Source of the DNA: Octopus vulgaris
Lineage: Eukaryota
Assembly (NCBI GenBank): GCA_951406725.2
Contig: OX597814.1
Coordinates: 65,348,001-65,412,000 of the forward strand
Length of the DNA: 64,000 bases
Direction: 5' to 3'
Every line of letters starts with the position of its first letter. The first letter of the stretch is position 1. Of this stretch, positions 1-16,437 are shown piece by piece. Below the pieces are notes generated by a model. It saw nothing but the letters and a program-made list of their open reading frames with translations. It was not told the DNA's origin and ran no database searches. Made by a program: the position numbers and the translations under genes.

Positions 1-1030
1 TGCCCATATAACTCAAATATACTTCCCACGCACACGACACACAGACAACACGCACATACATGCACACATAACACAACACAAACACCTATACACTCGCACA
101 CACTCACATACATCCACGCATACACACACGCACATCCGCACACGCGCGCACACACGCACAGGAATGCACGCACACCCAACAGACAAAAGCCCACGCAAAC
201 AGCTACATACAAACAAAGGCACATATGCACGCACACATGTACACAGAACTACACGCACATACACACGTACGCGCACACACGAACAAGAACGCACAGAAAC
301 CTCCACACACACAACCCCTCGTTCATATACACATACACACGCACACACACACATATACACACACGCGCACACATACACACATGTACATACGCACATACAC
401 ACGCACACATACACACATATACACATGCACACACGCACACACACACACACGCACACATACAACACACTCATATATACACGCACACACATACTTCAAACTG
501 CCAGTCAAACACCTTTGTGCTGACCATTCCTCTACGCACGAGTGAAGAGACACACAACTACACAAAGAATCGCCACTCCTGTTACCACGCTGCTGAATTC
601 TTCCTACATCATTAAGAGACACAAAGTTCACTCACTCATACATATAAAATAGCCAAAACCACACAAACACCACGCACACAACACAAACACACACATACAC
701 ACACACGTGATATTACACACAGAGAGACTTGTGCGCATGCACATACCCACACATACAGAAGCATTCCCCCTTTTCTTACTCTTTCCTGTCTTAGAAAGAA
801 TTTTTTTTTACCCATTCCGTTCCGGTCATTTCAAAATGCAGCCACATGTGGATGGTTGGTGATTTTCTTCCTCCTTCTTCCTTTCTATTTGGACTTTCCT
901 CTGTTACTCGAAACGTTAAACCACCTTTCTTTCCTTTCCTGACCGTCTGCTAATACTTTATGTGTAGCACGTCCTCGCGTTGTTGTTTTATCATGTTTAT
1001 TCTTCTTTTTGGATTTGCTACATACATACA

Positions 1031-1062
<32 letters not shown>

Positions 1063-1675
1063 CATACATACATACATATATGTGTATGTGTTTGTTATAG
1101 TTTTGAAGGTGTAACGAAATTGCTTTCCCTCAGTCACTCAGCGACATATACTTCGAAGTTACTGGACTTCCGCTTACCATAACTATTAAATTTGTAGCTG
1201 ATTTTTTCTTATCTTATAACTCTAAGTACCAAACGTTTTGTTAAATTAAACCACGCGACATGATTTTGGTGCTCGAGTTGCTGGATATACTAAGAAAATT
1301 GCACTGAAAGCGCATTCCTACTGTCTTATAAAATGAAACCTATATTGGATGATGTAATCTTTTCGAGCATTAGTTCATTCTCAATTCCGTTACTCTATAT
1401 TTGTCCATGTGTAACTTGGTGGTAAACAACACCAAAAATAACCCAGTGTTCTGAAGGTGGAAAGTAGTTTCGATATTTGCACATTTATCCTATGAGAATG
1501 ATTCAGCGTAAGTCAAAATTATGGTACCGTATGTTAAAACTTCTTAATGGCAAATAGTTTCTCACTTTTGCTACTTCATATATTTTCGTTATTTAACATA
1601 TATTTGTTAGTGGCGAAGGTAAAGTATGCACAATACCCACTTCTAGTTTTTTTTTTTCCAAATTTTTTTCAGATT

Positions 1676-3125
1676 TCTATTTTCGATATAGGAGAATGCG
1701 ATTTTGCCCAAAAATTTTGCTTTCAAAATTTTTATTTCCTCCATCCCCTCCCGACCCCAATTTCTTAATTTTTAACTTTTTTTGATATTTTTTAAAATTT
1801 AATCCACGTAGAAATATACAGAGATTACAAATCTGGGGATTTTTTTGCTTTAAAGTTTCATTTTTCTTAAATGTCTCTCTTCCCACCTCAGCTGCCCATC
1901 ACTTACTTCCCCGCTTTCAAAAATTTTAAATCTCCGAATATTTCACTTTAGTCTGATGTTTCACGCATGCGTAGAATTGTACTGAAATAGCAGACGTCAA
2001 AAATATTAGACCACCACCAAAAAAACCGACATGCTAAAAACAACAGCTAAACGACATTATTTCTGGAAAAATTTCCCCGCTTTCAAAAAAGCTAGAAGTG
2101 AAGCATTCGGAGTTTTTATCTTTTTGAAGGCTGGGATGTGATGGGAGGAGGTTGGGGAGGGGGATTTGAGTATCTCTTTAAGAAAAATTTGTAATCTTTG
2201 TACTTTTCTACGTTAATTATACACACACACGCACAAAGAATTCGGAGAAAGTTAAGCATTGGGGTTGGGAGGGGGGAATTATATACTTTGAAAACGTGAT
2301 TTTTAGGTAAAATCCTAATCTTCTATATCGAAAACATAGAAACCAAAAGAAATTTTGGAAAAAAGGGTGGGGCGCAAATCTCACCTCCGACATGCTAGAA
2401 ACAACAGCTAAACGACACGTGGGAGTTAGTACGTGCTTCGATCAGAACTCCGCCGAACTTTTTTTATCATGTAATTCGTATATAAACTTAAGAGGTTTTT
2501 CAGAAACCGCGCCCCACTCCACTTATTTTCCGACAATTTCTTCGTATTCCAATATTTTCGATATAGGAAATTAAGATCTTGCTCCCAAAATACGTTTTCA
2601 AAATTTTCCCCCCTCTCACCCCAATTTTTAAATTTAAATTTTTTTTCAGATTTTTTTTTTGTAATCCACGTATAAAAATAGAGGTGACGAATCTCTCAGA
2701 ATTTGTTTTTTTATTTTTCTTAAAGAAACACTTAAATCCCCTTCGCCAACTTCCAGCCACTTCCCTATTCCCTACTTTCAAAAATATAGAAATTTCAAAT
2801 GTTTCACTTTTATCTTTTTTGATAGCGGGGAAGTTTTTTCATAAATAATGTCGTTTAACTGTTGTTTCTAGCATGTCGGTTTTTCTGGTGGTAGTCTGAT
2901 ATTTTTGACGTCTGCTATTTCCGTAGAATTCTACGTATGCGTGAAACATTAGACGAAAGTGAAACATTCGGAGTTTTTAGCTTTTTGAAAGCGGGGAAGT
3001 GATTGGAAGGGACATTAAGTGTTTCTTTAAGAGAAATTAAAAATTAAGAAATTGGAGTGGGAGGGAAATTAAAATTTTGTAAGCGTGAATTTTGGGCAAA
3101 ATTGCATTCTTCTATATAAAGGAAA
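1676..3125. repeat. About 1.45-kb imperfect foldback (MITE-like) made of four related modules
   Basis: 1676-2065 mirrors 2843-3125 and 2070-2345 mirrors 2553-2835. Centre near 2450. Confidence 0.75.
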
Positions 3126-4049
3126 TTCAAATTCGAGAATCTGTTTTTTTTAAAAAAAGAACGGAAGTGTGTGGTGTGTACGCGCTTTACCTTCGCATGG
3201 TTATTTGGCATTATGTCCCTGTTCATTTCAATCGAACATACGGCACACAAGCATACAAACATTTTAGTATATATGTGTCTATGTATGCGTGTGCTTGTAT
3301 GCATAATTGGATCAGGTGTGTGCCTTGGGTAAGACATTTCTTTCTCGATCACAACCTTCTAAGTCAATTGTACTACACTGTTTTCTGAATGTATGTGTTC
3401 AACTAAAAATGCTCCAAGCCTTTTGAATAAGATCCGGGAGGCAATAATGTGACAACCTTGGTATTGAGTGTGCTTATGATTCCAAGATTTTACAGTAGGG
3501 CAACACAGAATCTCGCTTGTGTTCATGAAAGACTTCATCCATATGTCTTTAGTATAAATCATGCTTTTGCACTCTTATTCAATAAATAATTTACCCTGCT
3601 GACTCGACAACTGCAATACAAGAATTATTGTTTGCACAAGTATGTACGTACACGAGACTGATGATATGATACTGAGTTGAGATGGAATGAACTGAGAGTA
3701 GAAACCATTGTTTCACACATCTGGTTTGTGTCCATAATCTATAGACTTGGCTTGCATGGGTGCTGTCACATGCAGGGTGATATACTTTTTCACTGTGAGT
3801 TAAATCTTTACAATCAGGGAATAACATTTTAGCTGTCTTCAGTCTCACTGAATCCAGAAGATTAAAAACTGATAGGTAACAGAATGGTATTCATGGGAAT
3901 CATAAAATCGTAAGTATCTTGCAAGAAATGCTGTATGTAACTGGGACACGACAGTAAATAGTCGTTTGGTTTGCTTTAGACGTGTTTTCCAGCTTTTGAC
4001 CAATGGAAGTACTTGCGCATTGTATTTAGATCATAAAGCATTAAGACGA

Positions 4050-4250
4050 CGAAATGGCAGAATCGCTAGCACGCCGAACAAAATGTTTAACATTTCATCC
4101 ATCTTTATGTTCTGAGATCAAATTTTGCTATGGTCGACTTTGCTTTACATCCTTTTGAATTAGATGAAATAAATACCAACCAAGCGTTGGCATCGATCTA
4201 ATCGCCTATCCCCCACCCCCAAAATTTCTGACCTTCTGCCCATAGTATAG
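4050..4250 (+). mobile_element. SINE family A
   Basis: tggcagaatcgctagcacgccg..gttctgagatcaaatt..ggtcgactttgc. Confidence 0.75.
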
Positions 4251-5339
4251 CAAAATCCTTTGTATTTTTAATATTATCATAAGGTAGAATAACTTACAAG
4301 TGTGTATGACTTAGTTACAACTATAGTGAATTAAACAACTTTTCAAAAACTTGTACACAGGCTTTTTTATACAGAACTTCATAAAAAATAAATATCAGCG
4401 AGAAATATATGTTAACACGTGTCAGAAATTTCTACATTCTTTCTGAAATACAAATAGATGAAAGTTTTATTAATTAAAGCAGTCAAAAGTTACATATCTT
4501 GGCAAAGAGAAAGTAAATTGTTTTAGAAATTAAATCATTCGAATACACCATTCATTTACATATTGGGTAAGAGAGCGTGTCATCAAAATCATACAATCTA
4601 TAAATTGCTGCCCACGTGGCTAATATTCTAGTTCTCATAGCTGAATTCATGGTGGAATTAGAGAGGAAATTCCTGGCATAGGAGCTAATTCTGGAATTGA
4701 AAGACCACAATGTAAAATTAGCAAAGACTTAGTAAGGAGAAAAGAAAACAGGACCCTTCTATCTTGAAGGAAATGGCCTTGCTCTGTGTGCAGAAAAAGA
4801 GTAGGTATAAATGTCATATATTATAACTCAATCTAAGCTATGGTCATAAAAGTGGTGTAATGGAATTACAGGCAGGCTAAGAAAGAAAGTAAGCTCCATA
4901 TATGACAGACTAGCGAGAATGGTGTGTACAGCAAGCAGAGCGTGAAATAGATTCCCTCAAATCAAAGGATAATTTAATAGATTTAATCGAATTAGGGGTA
5001 TAGTAGCTAAGGTAAAAATTAGTTGGGAAAAGTCCAGGATATTAATATTGCTGGTGACGATTAAGGTCTGCGCTCTCAGAATTAAAAAAAGAAACAGTTA
5101 TGTATTAGAATTCCGATACTGCATACAGAAGAATAGGTCACACCAAACCCTTATGCACCAGTCAATATATCCAACTTACCCGATTTTAGACCTACCAGAT
5201 CTCTCTACTCTTACTAACTTCAAATTATCATCCTTCAACTGTTGTTCTTTCATTCATTCATTCCGCATCTCTGACCATCTCTTACTCTCATTTATAATTT
5301 TGCGACCACTAGCCATTTCAATTCCTGTTCGCCAGTCTC

Positions 5340-5400
<61 letters not shown>

Positions 5401-5404
<4 letters not shown>

Positions 5405-5608
5405 ATCCAAACATGAACAAAGAGAAAATACAACAACGCGAGGACGTGGAACAAGTATAGTGTTATTGGACACCCAGGAAAGGAAAGAAAGAAGGAAGAT
5501 TTAACGTTTCGAGCGGAGCTCTTCGTTAGAAACATAGAAAAAGGAAAGGCCCATTGAAGGGAAGACGGAGGGAAAAAATCGCCAACTATAAACACGCTGT
5601 CACATATT

Positions 5609-5610
<2 letters not shown>
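5401..5610 (-). mobile_element. Short (TA)n-flanked element with a decayed minimal HHR
   Basis: Minus 5500-5532 reads ttt CTAACGA a gagc-tcc-gctc GAAAC GTT aaa. Confidence 0.55.
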
Positions 5611-5678
<68 letters not shown>

Positions 5679-6527
5679 TGCATGTGTGTATATGTATTTG
5701 TATGTATATATACATGTGTGTGTGTGTGTGTCTTTCTATGTATTTATAAATGTATGACTTTATAAGGGCTGTAAGTATTCCACATCATGTGTATGTTTGT
5801 ATATATATATATATATGTACATAACTATATACAAGCATATAATTATACATACATAGATATATGCATATATATACATGCGTGTATGTGTGTATATAAAAAC
5901 ATATATATATATATAGAGAGAGAAAGATAGATAGATAGATACATAGATACATAGATACATACATACATACATACATACATACATACATACATACATACAT
6001 ACATACATACATACATGCATACATAACATACATACATACGTATATACATACTTACATAAACTTTCCAGAAGTTTGTCATTTAAATGCATATGACTATGTC
6101 TAGATATGCAACTATATGCATGAGAATACATACATAAGACCAAACATACGAATCTACACGTATACATGCATACAAAAATACACTGTTGATGTTGTTGAAA
6201 TTCCAATGAAAGAGCCTGGGATCTAGGTTAGAAACCGGCTGTTTCTCTATTGGCAAGAAATCTTGATATAAAACTGAATACCTTCATTCATTCATTAATT
6301 CATACATACATACATACATACATACATACACACATACATACATACATACATACATACATACATACATACACACATACATATATACATATATACATACATA
6401 CATACATACATACATACATACATGCATACATGCATACATACATAGAAATATGGACACAGAGAGAGACAGACAGACATTAAGAAAGAAAGAAAGAAAGAAA
6501 GAAAGGAAGAAAGAAAGAAAGAAAGAT

Positions 6528-6558
<31 letters not shown>

Positions 6559-8046
6559 ATGAAAGAGATGTGTCGATTCACACAAAGAGGCATAATCATA
6601 TGAGAATACGTGTTTGTTTCTATATTCATACTTACGCGTATTTATGTATTTCTAAGAGTGAATCTCCGGGCGACGTGAAACCGAAGATTAAACCGTAAAA
6701 CAAGTACATAATGAACAAAGAGTTGGGGGATCAAATATGTACGAATTATATACACTGTTGCTTAGATAAACCACAACAAGGTTGACTGACAGATTGCCGC
6801 TGAATTTCTCTCATCTTCACAAGTCTATTCTATCATCTAAATTTATCTCCCTAGGTGGAGCCACCGTCCACGTACCTACGCCCGCAATTTACACTTATTC
6901 ACCCTATTTCTTTCTTTATTCTTATTTTTCTTGCATGGGTGCTGACTCTTGGCTTTACATTTTAGATTTCTAGATCTGTTTCTCTTTCAATATACGGAGA
7001 AAATTCTAGATTACATTTTCATTACCACTCACAGACGCTCCTGTACATGCCCAGTTGGCAACATCTCAAACAACAATGATTCTTATTAGATAAGTAAGAT
7101 ATTTTCGCTTTCAATATATACATTGCCATTTTGTGTTGTTTCTTTTTATTATTCAGCATTTGGCCTTTTTTCTTGTCATATTAAACATAATTTCTCTCGA
7201 CAAATCATGCCTGTTTGTTCTTTAATGTTCATAATTGTTTGTTATATGACGCAAAGAAATGCATATTTCGTCTTCTTTTTCTGTTTCCCACAACTTTTAC
7301 ACTTCCATTTTCTTCTAATTACACTCATTCCCTCACACACGTAAACGAACACACATACACACGCGTATTCATTCATGCATATAAGCACATACAGAAGTCT
7401 ATACACATCACGCACGTATTTGTGAGTGTGTGTATATTTATATATATGTGAGTGTGTGTATATATATGCATGTATATATATACACACTCACTCATACATA
7501 CACACACATACGTATATATTCATGCATGTATGTATTTATGTATGTACGTATGTTAGACGAAAAACGTTTGTAAATGTACGTCTGTAAACGTGTTTTTCGC
7601 ACTTGGGTAACATGATTAAATCTGGCTTCTTGGTTTTCCGTCTGAAGTACCACATTACATAAAAAAATATGATTAAAAAATAATAAAACATAATTACTTA
7701 AGATTCGCACGAGGCTTAAGACACGCGGCTCAAGATAAAATGTTGAATAATTTATTTTGTTCAACGGTTTAACACGGGTAATGTAGTTTAACTGGAGCCT
7801 AGCCGAATTTTTCAGTCTACAAATATATGATTTATCATTTTAGCAACATGATAATAAAGAGCAGCATTTATATTAGTTGATTTTTGGTAATTAATTGTTT
7901 TATTGTAGAATTTGAAAGAACAGTTCTGAGTGACTGAAATAAATATATAAACATTTACAAACATTGCTTGGGACACAATACAACATATTAAATATGTAAA
8001 CATAAATATGCAGGTGTGTGAATTCATACACACATACATACATGCA

Positions 8047-8080
<34 letters not shown>

Positions 8081-9390
8081 TGTATATTTTGTTGTGCCTA
8101 GTAAGAGTCATTATGCCAATATGATATATATGTATGCATATACATATATGTGTATATACATACATATGCATATACATACATACATACATACATGTATGTA
8201 TGTATATATGTATGCATACATGTATGCGTATTTGTGTATGTGTGTATAAATGAATATATTCTAAAACTGCATTACAAATGTAATGTTTCTTCAAGTCAAG
8301 AGAGACTAAAATTATTTAGCCTTACTTCCTCGGAGGCTGAAATCCATGTAAAAGTAAGAAATACCTCTACCATAACTATAACAATACCCTATTCAGAATA
8401 ATACATTCACTGATATTTCAAAAGGTTCCAGATTTCAAAGAAATGCGGCAAATGCAATTGATGCGGTGTTAAATTTGATAGCCAACTATGTATCATATTT
8501 AATGCATATACACTGTTGACAGAAATGATACTGCAATTTTCTTCTGAGATAAAATCTCTTATAGAAGTACTGTTTTGTAAAACACAATATATATATCAAA
8601 GGGAGACGATTGTCCCGATGCATTTCGGCTCCCTTTGACCTTGTCGATGACATTTACTCGCAGGCACATGCTTAATCCTTGTTTCCAGATGAATGAAAGC
8701 CAAATCGGCCGCCTGTAGGACATGAACAAAAACAAAAGCCAAAATGAGTGATATAAATAGAATTGGGTAGTTATATTTTGTGCATTACCGCTTTTACCGC
8801 TCCACTAATTTTGAATGGGATTTTTATTAAGGATTTCTAACTTTGATAGTTTACAAATATCCGTGTTGTGAAGTAGTTGATTGTATCGTTAGCAGTGTTA
8901 GCTACAACAGAAGAATCGAAGCCTCTGTCATGCCATGTCATTGTCCACCAAGGGAATTTTTATACAGCGTCTTTAGATTTTCAAAATAGCAGGTTATAGA
9001 AAAGTGCATTTTGTATAATGCATCCTAAGGTCCTCCGGACATCGGAAAATGTGGTGATTGCTACAGCTAGAATGTATTTAATCAGTTTTTTTGTTCAGCT
9101 ATAACTTACAACTAAAAAACAATCTTGTATGCCACTCAATATTCTGCTTATTGTAAAAAGTAAAAAAAAAAAAACAACTATAGTTAATTTATTCATCCTG
9201 ACAAGTAGTATTTTTACGCCATCTAAACACGACTGTTCCTAGGAACCAACGATACTGCAATTTTAAACTCAGGAGGTTATCTCCTCAAGCTGGTTACACT
9301 GTGCACTCTGCATTTGATATATATTGCAAGCAGGGAGAGAACTATACACACACACGTGTGCGTGTGTATATGTATTTATATATATATGTG

Positions 9391-9433
<43 letters not shown>

Positions 9434-9849
9434 GATATTCAGTTATGAATCACATATATGTAGTCATTATTGTTGCTTTGGATATATTTGTTATTGCTGA
9501 AAATTCAATGTAAATCAACCCTCCACAAACAGATCAAGGATCCAAATTTCTACTCTTCTTCAGGATATCTAAGACTTCCTATAATACTTAATGTACCCTT
9601 TTTATTTATTTATTTATTTTGTTAGAATGTAGGATAGGGTTTTAAGAGAATTTGCTTGCTTTTACAGGTTGAGTGGCAATCTTTGCTGGCTTGTAATGTT
9701 GAGTTTCCTGAGACTGCTTTCAGCAGGGAAAACGTTGATGTCGTGGGCAGAACACAGAAAAGGTAAGTATTGAAACTGAAATGAAATATACTTGATAGAA
9801 ATATTAGTTTCTAATTTTGGCACAATCCAGCAAGTTCGGCTAGAGAGTG

Positions 9850-11010
9850 GCTCGTCGATTAGTTTGACAGCAATGATAAAGTTCTTATTGACCCCGAAAG
9901 GTTGAAAGGCAAAATCAAATCCTCGGCGGAATTCGAACTCAGAAAGTAAAGACGGGCGAAATACCACTATGCATTTTTGCCAGACGTGCTAACGTTTCTG
10001 ACAGCTCACTGCCTTAAACTTGACTGAAATATTAAAATATAATAACGTTTCAAATATAAGAACATGCTTGAGTGTCGATCGACATCCTAAATCCATATAT
10101 GATTCCTACTTATTTTATCGAATATGGCACACAAAAAAAACAATAAATTCAGATTCTTTCGAACACACAACTTCAAGGGACGAAATAACTGAAGACTCCG
10201 CTTTTTGTCAGAAGACTTTAGATTATGCCAACCAACATTTTCAATATGGAAATAAAATATTGATCTAAAATTCTTATAGAAATATAACGTGGATTTATTA
10301 CATTTTATAGAATCTTCCATGCTTTGTCCATCAAACATTTCAGTTAATAATATTGCGTTCAAAGTTTGGAGTAAGGCCAACAATTTCGGAAGAGGGATAG
10401 GTCGATTAGATCACCTCCAATCCTCAATAGGTAATTATTTTATCAAGCCTGAAAAGCTGAAAGACAAATTCGACCCTGGCGAAATTTGAACTCAGAACGT
10501 TAAGATGGACGAAATGACGCCAAACATTATGCTTAGTATCCTGACGATGTTGCCAGTTCGCCACCTTCACTTTAGATGATAATACTTATACCAAATTTTG
10601 ACACAAGACCAGCAATTTCAGAGAAGGAGGTGAGTCGATTACATCGACCAGTACTCAAGTCGCACTTATTTATCAACTCCTAAAGGATGAGAAGCAAATT
10701 CGACCTCGGTGGAATTTGAACTCAGAACGTAAAGAGGGACGAAAAGCCGCTAATCATATTGTCCGACGCAGTAACGATTCTGCCGGTTCACCGCCTTATT
10801 CCAGTTGATAATAATCATTTCTATTTAAGGCACAAGGCCTGAACTTTTGGGGGAAGGGACTAGTAGATTACATCGACCTCAACTGATACTTCTTTTGTCG
10901 ATCCATAACAGATGAAAGGGAAAGTCGACTTCGGCGGAATTTGAACTCAGAGCGTAAAAGATGGAAGATATGCCACTAAGCATTTTGCCCACTATTCTAC
11001 CAGATACGAA
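9850..11010 (-). mobile_element. Cluster of four tRNA-derived SINE copies (family A)
   Basis: Repeated cgacctcggcggaatttgaactcagaacgtaaag motif at about 9920, 10470, 10700 and 10925. Confidence 0.85.
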
Positions 11011-11060
11011 CCTAATTTCAGTTGATAATATTGAAACGTTAATAAAAGAACTTATGTATA

Positions 11061-11441
11061 TCTCTCTATATATAAACGGCAGTTTGTCTGTGTGTGTTTC
11101 TGTGTGTCTGTTAGGTTGTACCCTCACCCTGACCACGGCTTTCAACCGATTCTGATGAAACTTGACACACACATAGCCCAATGTCATAATTCAAAACTAA
11201 CGCAGCAAAAATTTTGAAAAGTTCCCCCAGTTCTGAAAAATCGATAAATTCGATATGGGGTCGAGAATCAGAAACACAAACCACAGACTGTCTAGGGGAC
11301 GCAACTCCACCTTTTTAACTCTCAAAAAAATTTACCATCATTTTTTTCCCATTTTTTTGCTATATTTTGGCTATAACTATCTAAAAATGCTTTATAGTTA
11401 TTTCCCTTACAAACCCGAGCAACGCCGGGCGATACTGCTAG
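11061..11441 (+). mobile_element. Non-autonomous Helitron
   Basis: 5' TC(TCTCTATATATAAA), subterminal hairpin cccgagcaacgccggg, 3' CTAG, inserted between A and T. Confidence 0.8.
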
Positions 11442-11815
11442 TATAAAGCTGAAGTTGTCTGTGTATGGCAGGTTTGGTAGCCTTCAACTAACACTATCTC
11501 CTCCGAGACCCTGCGGCGCAAGTTGACCAAAATTGAGAGTATGATAGAAGAAGGCTTGCTCTTCCTTCCGTAGAAGAAAAAATTCAAATCGGACCATGTT
11601 AAGACCAAAAATTATTTACATCAAAAAAGTGCTTTTTTTTCTATGAAAATCCCTTTTTTTTTTACGATTTTTTGACTGCTGTGTCGCCATTTTTCGGTGT
11701 ATTTCAACCAGAAAAATGTTCACTTAAAGAGAATAACAAGCTACATAATGCAAAATTTTAATTCCAATTCTAAAGGGTCGAAACAAACCCGAGTAAGGCC
11801 GGGCGATACTGCTAG
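11442..11815 (+). mobile_element. Second non-autonomous Helitron (different body, same 3' end)
   Basis: Ends aaacccgagtaaggccgggcgatactgctag|t. Confidence 0.75.
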
Positions 11816-12371
11816 TTATTTATATAAATCATACGTCCTTACCACCAGCATTATGGTCTATGGCTTATCTTTATATTCCTCACCAAGGTTAATTAATAAT
11901 TTGAACAGGAAAATAGAGCATGCTTGTATATGAATATTAAATGGTTCCAGCTACTACTGTTGATATACTCACCGAGAGATATCCAGGAGCCACACCCCGA
12001 CAACATACCTATTCCTACTAGACTTGCCGACATATGTTAGAAATACTTGAACAAGCCAGACAGTTTTTTCAGTAATTCACAAACAAAAGAAAATCTCTTC
12101 TATTTTCTTTTCCTTTATAAGATTGCGTTATTTATTTATTTTCCATTTCAATTTTTTAATTACTACTATTTCAAACAAAAAGAAAATGTTTGGTATAGAA
12201 AAGGGGGAAACACTAATTTTTATTTCGGGCACATGTATACATACACACATGCATACACACACATCACACACACACACGTGCTGACACATATATGCTTACA
12301 TATAAGCACGTGTTTGGTCTCTCGCGCGCGCCCATATGTGTGGTATGTGTGTATAATATATATATATATGC

Positions 12372-12434
<63 letters not shown>

Positions 12435-12802
12435 TAAATCACTTAAACGTGTATAAATATATATAAATGAATACAGAAGTTTTTACATTTCTTCCTTCAG
12501 GAAATTTGGCATTATGTAGTGACATACGTTATTCTGTCTCATAGTTGCAACGTAGACATAGATCTATAAAAACATATCGTACACAATGAGAAGCGATGGC
12601 GCAGTTTCAGTATAGGTATTCTTCTTCACGTATGTCATTTGCATATAATACACAAGCGTGTCTGTGTCGTGAGAAGTTTGCTTTCCAACCACATGTTTCT
12701 GGGTTTAGTCCGTCTGTGTGACAACTTATATTCTGCCATAGCTTCGAGCCGATCCAAATTTTGTGAGTGGATTTCATACACGAAATGCAGAAGAAGTCCA
12801 TC

Positions 12803-12840
<38 letters not shown>

Positions 12841-12851
12841 CATACATACAT

Positions 12852-12904
<53 letters not shown>

Positions 12905-12911
12905 CATACAT

Positions 12912-12968
<57 letters not shown>

Positions 12969-13333
12969 TATATACATATATACATATATATATGAATATA
13001 CATATATATATATATACATTTATATATATATGTATATATTTATATATGTGTATGTATGTATATATACAGAGATAGAGAGAGAGATGTGCGTTTGCTTATG
13101 CATGTGCAAAGCGTGCACGGGTTTACCCAACACCACCACATGACAACGGTACTTAGCAGTTCGGTAAAAAAGAAATAAAGTAAACGATAGTTCTAGACTT
13201 TACAAAACAGCCAATGGGATCGATTTTTTCCACTACACACTTCAGGCGTGGCCACAATGTAGTAAGTAAAAGATAAAATACAACTAGCTAGCTAGCTACC
13301 TAATTTGCTATGTAAATACATAGATACTTACAT

Positions 13334-13380
<47 letters not shown>

Positions 13381-13546
13381 TATATATAGATAGATGATAG
13401 ATAGATATGTGGGTACAAATTGTACCAGGAAGTAGTGAATCAACTGTTCATCAACAGGTAAAATTTGGAATGAGGATTACCAATATTTAGGAAATGTATA
13501 ACTGCAAAAACAATAAAAATACAGGTGTAATTGTCATGCCAATAGC

Positions 13547-13582
<36 letters not shown>

Positions 13583-13616
13583 CAGCAGCAACACCAGCAC
13601 CAGCACCAGCAGCATC

Positions 13617-13660
<44 letters not shown>

Positions 13661-13878
13661 CAGCAGCAGCAACAGCCGTTCAAGAATTTGGACCTGGAGA
13701 TCTCCAATTCCAGCGACTTCGAGGGCCACCTCCCAGTAGTGTCGGGCGTTAACTAAGAGCCCTCTACTACAACAAGGCGACCAAAAATTTTTTTCCAAGG
13801 TCTGGGGTCTCCCGCCCCTAAGTCATGGACCATCACCTAATCACCCTTACCTGTCTTGTTGCTTAAAAACAACAACAA

Positions 13879-13941
<63 letters not shown>

Positions 13942-15539
13942 ATAATGATAACAAGTGTAATCATTCTGGAACACTTGGGAGACCGACTGATTTTTATAAT
14001 AACAGCAATAAACAGTAATATGAATTATGGTAATATATAGAGATGTAGTGGCTAACGCACAGAGCAATTTTACTGATTATGTTTGTGTATCGCTTAATGA
14101 TATGAGTTATGTAGCCCACAATATTTCCATTACCACCCTGAACGCCTGCAAAGTAGATGCCTCTCCAAAAACCTTGTATATAAATGTAATCTACACACTT
14201 TCAGTTACGCAGGTTCCATTTCCTCTATTTTTAAATCAAGATGTAAAATATCATCCATTTTCATCTCACATGGAACATCGCTAGATACGCCAAGTCACAG
14301 ATACGATTGCAGTCTTTAGCTTTTGGAGTTATTGAAAATCTTAAAATGTACGGGTGATGTTATAGCGGATGTATTACGGATGTATTGTCGCAATCTATCA
14401 CTTTGAACTTTCTTATACTTAAAACCGATTGAATAATTTAATGGTTAGTTATAAGATACATGAATTATAGTTAGATAACTTTATAATTTTTGTTTAATGT
14501 TCCCTAGATATGATCTTTATAATTCTATATAATTCGTTATAATACTATAAATTCTCTAATAATCTTCTAATAATTCTTTTTGTTTCTCCGTTATTTAACC
14601 CGTTCAAAACACTTTCATGTGATTAGTTGAAAGAGAGAGAGGGGGGAAGAGAAGGAGAAGTGATGCTGTGTGAAATGTGAAACTCGGTGTTAAAGAGGGT
14701 AAGGGAAAGAGTGAGAGAAAAACAGGGGGAGTGCTGTGTCTATAAAATTGTGTATAAAACATATAAAGTGTATATATATAACGTGCATAAAATAATCATC
14801 GTATTCCAATTTCCTTAACTTTTCACCAAGTAGCAGATGAGCGACTTATCTTTTGATACAGGCACAACACAGGCTAAACTTTCATTTTTTGGATAAAGTT
14901 TTCAGAAACAATCCAGTAAGTTTACCATTAAGTTTATATTCTTTATGTTGACACTGGTGATTGCCTAAACTATTTTCATTAGTATTGTATACACATCTAT
15001 TGGTTTGTCTATGCCAAAAGCATCTTCCCATCAAAAGTGTTGCCCAATTTCTCCATTAAGATTTACTCTACTCTCTTTAAGTAGGTATGACTGCTGACAC
15101 TCTAATCGTGGCAATCACCATGTATTAATTATTTTGTTTTCCTTTTCCTGTTCGCAGGGTTTTCAGTCCCCCCCTCCCCACTATTTATCTCCTCTGAAAT
15201 TTTGCAGAAGTGTTCGCTACTTGCGTTTATTCTTTTCCCTTATAATATTCTCCTTGAATAGCCACAAGTAATGGCTAGACTGAAGGACACAAGCATTGAT
15301 GAGGGGAAGTTCACTGTTTTTAACATTTCCTTATCATTATGAAAGAATATATAACTGTATTTTAATACTCTTTTGATAACCAGTACTTAAAACAGAAAAG
15401 CTTATACAAAGCTTTACATTTTATTCTGACAATCTTTTTCTAAAAAGAGATACCGGTCAAATCAATAAACAGCTTTAAAATTTCAGTTTCAAACCTTTTT
15501 TCACAGATATATTACTTTGTTTTATATATATATACATAC

Positions 15540-16437
<898 letters not shown>

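Noticed and set aside
13-631. Cys/Val- and His/Thr-rich ORFs (and similar YI, I, L, K and S homopolymer ORFs throughout)
   Set aside because: Translations of CA/TA/TAA/GAA microsatellites, not genes.
3340-5060. Old LINE remnants on the minus strand
   Set aside because: Only faint RTE/L2-like resemblance; too decayed to call without a profile search.
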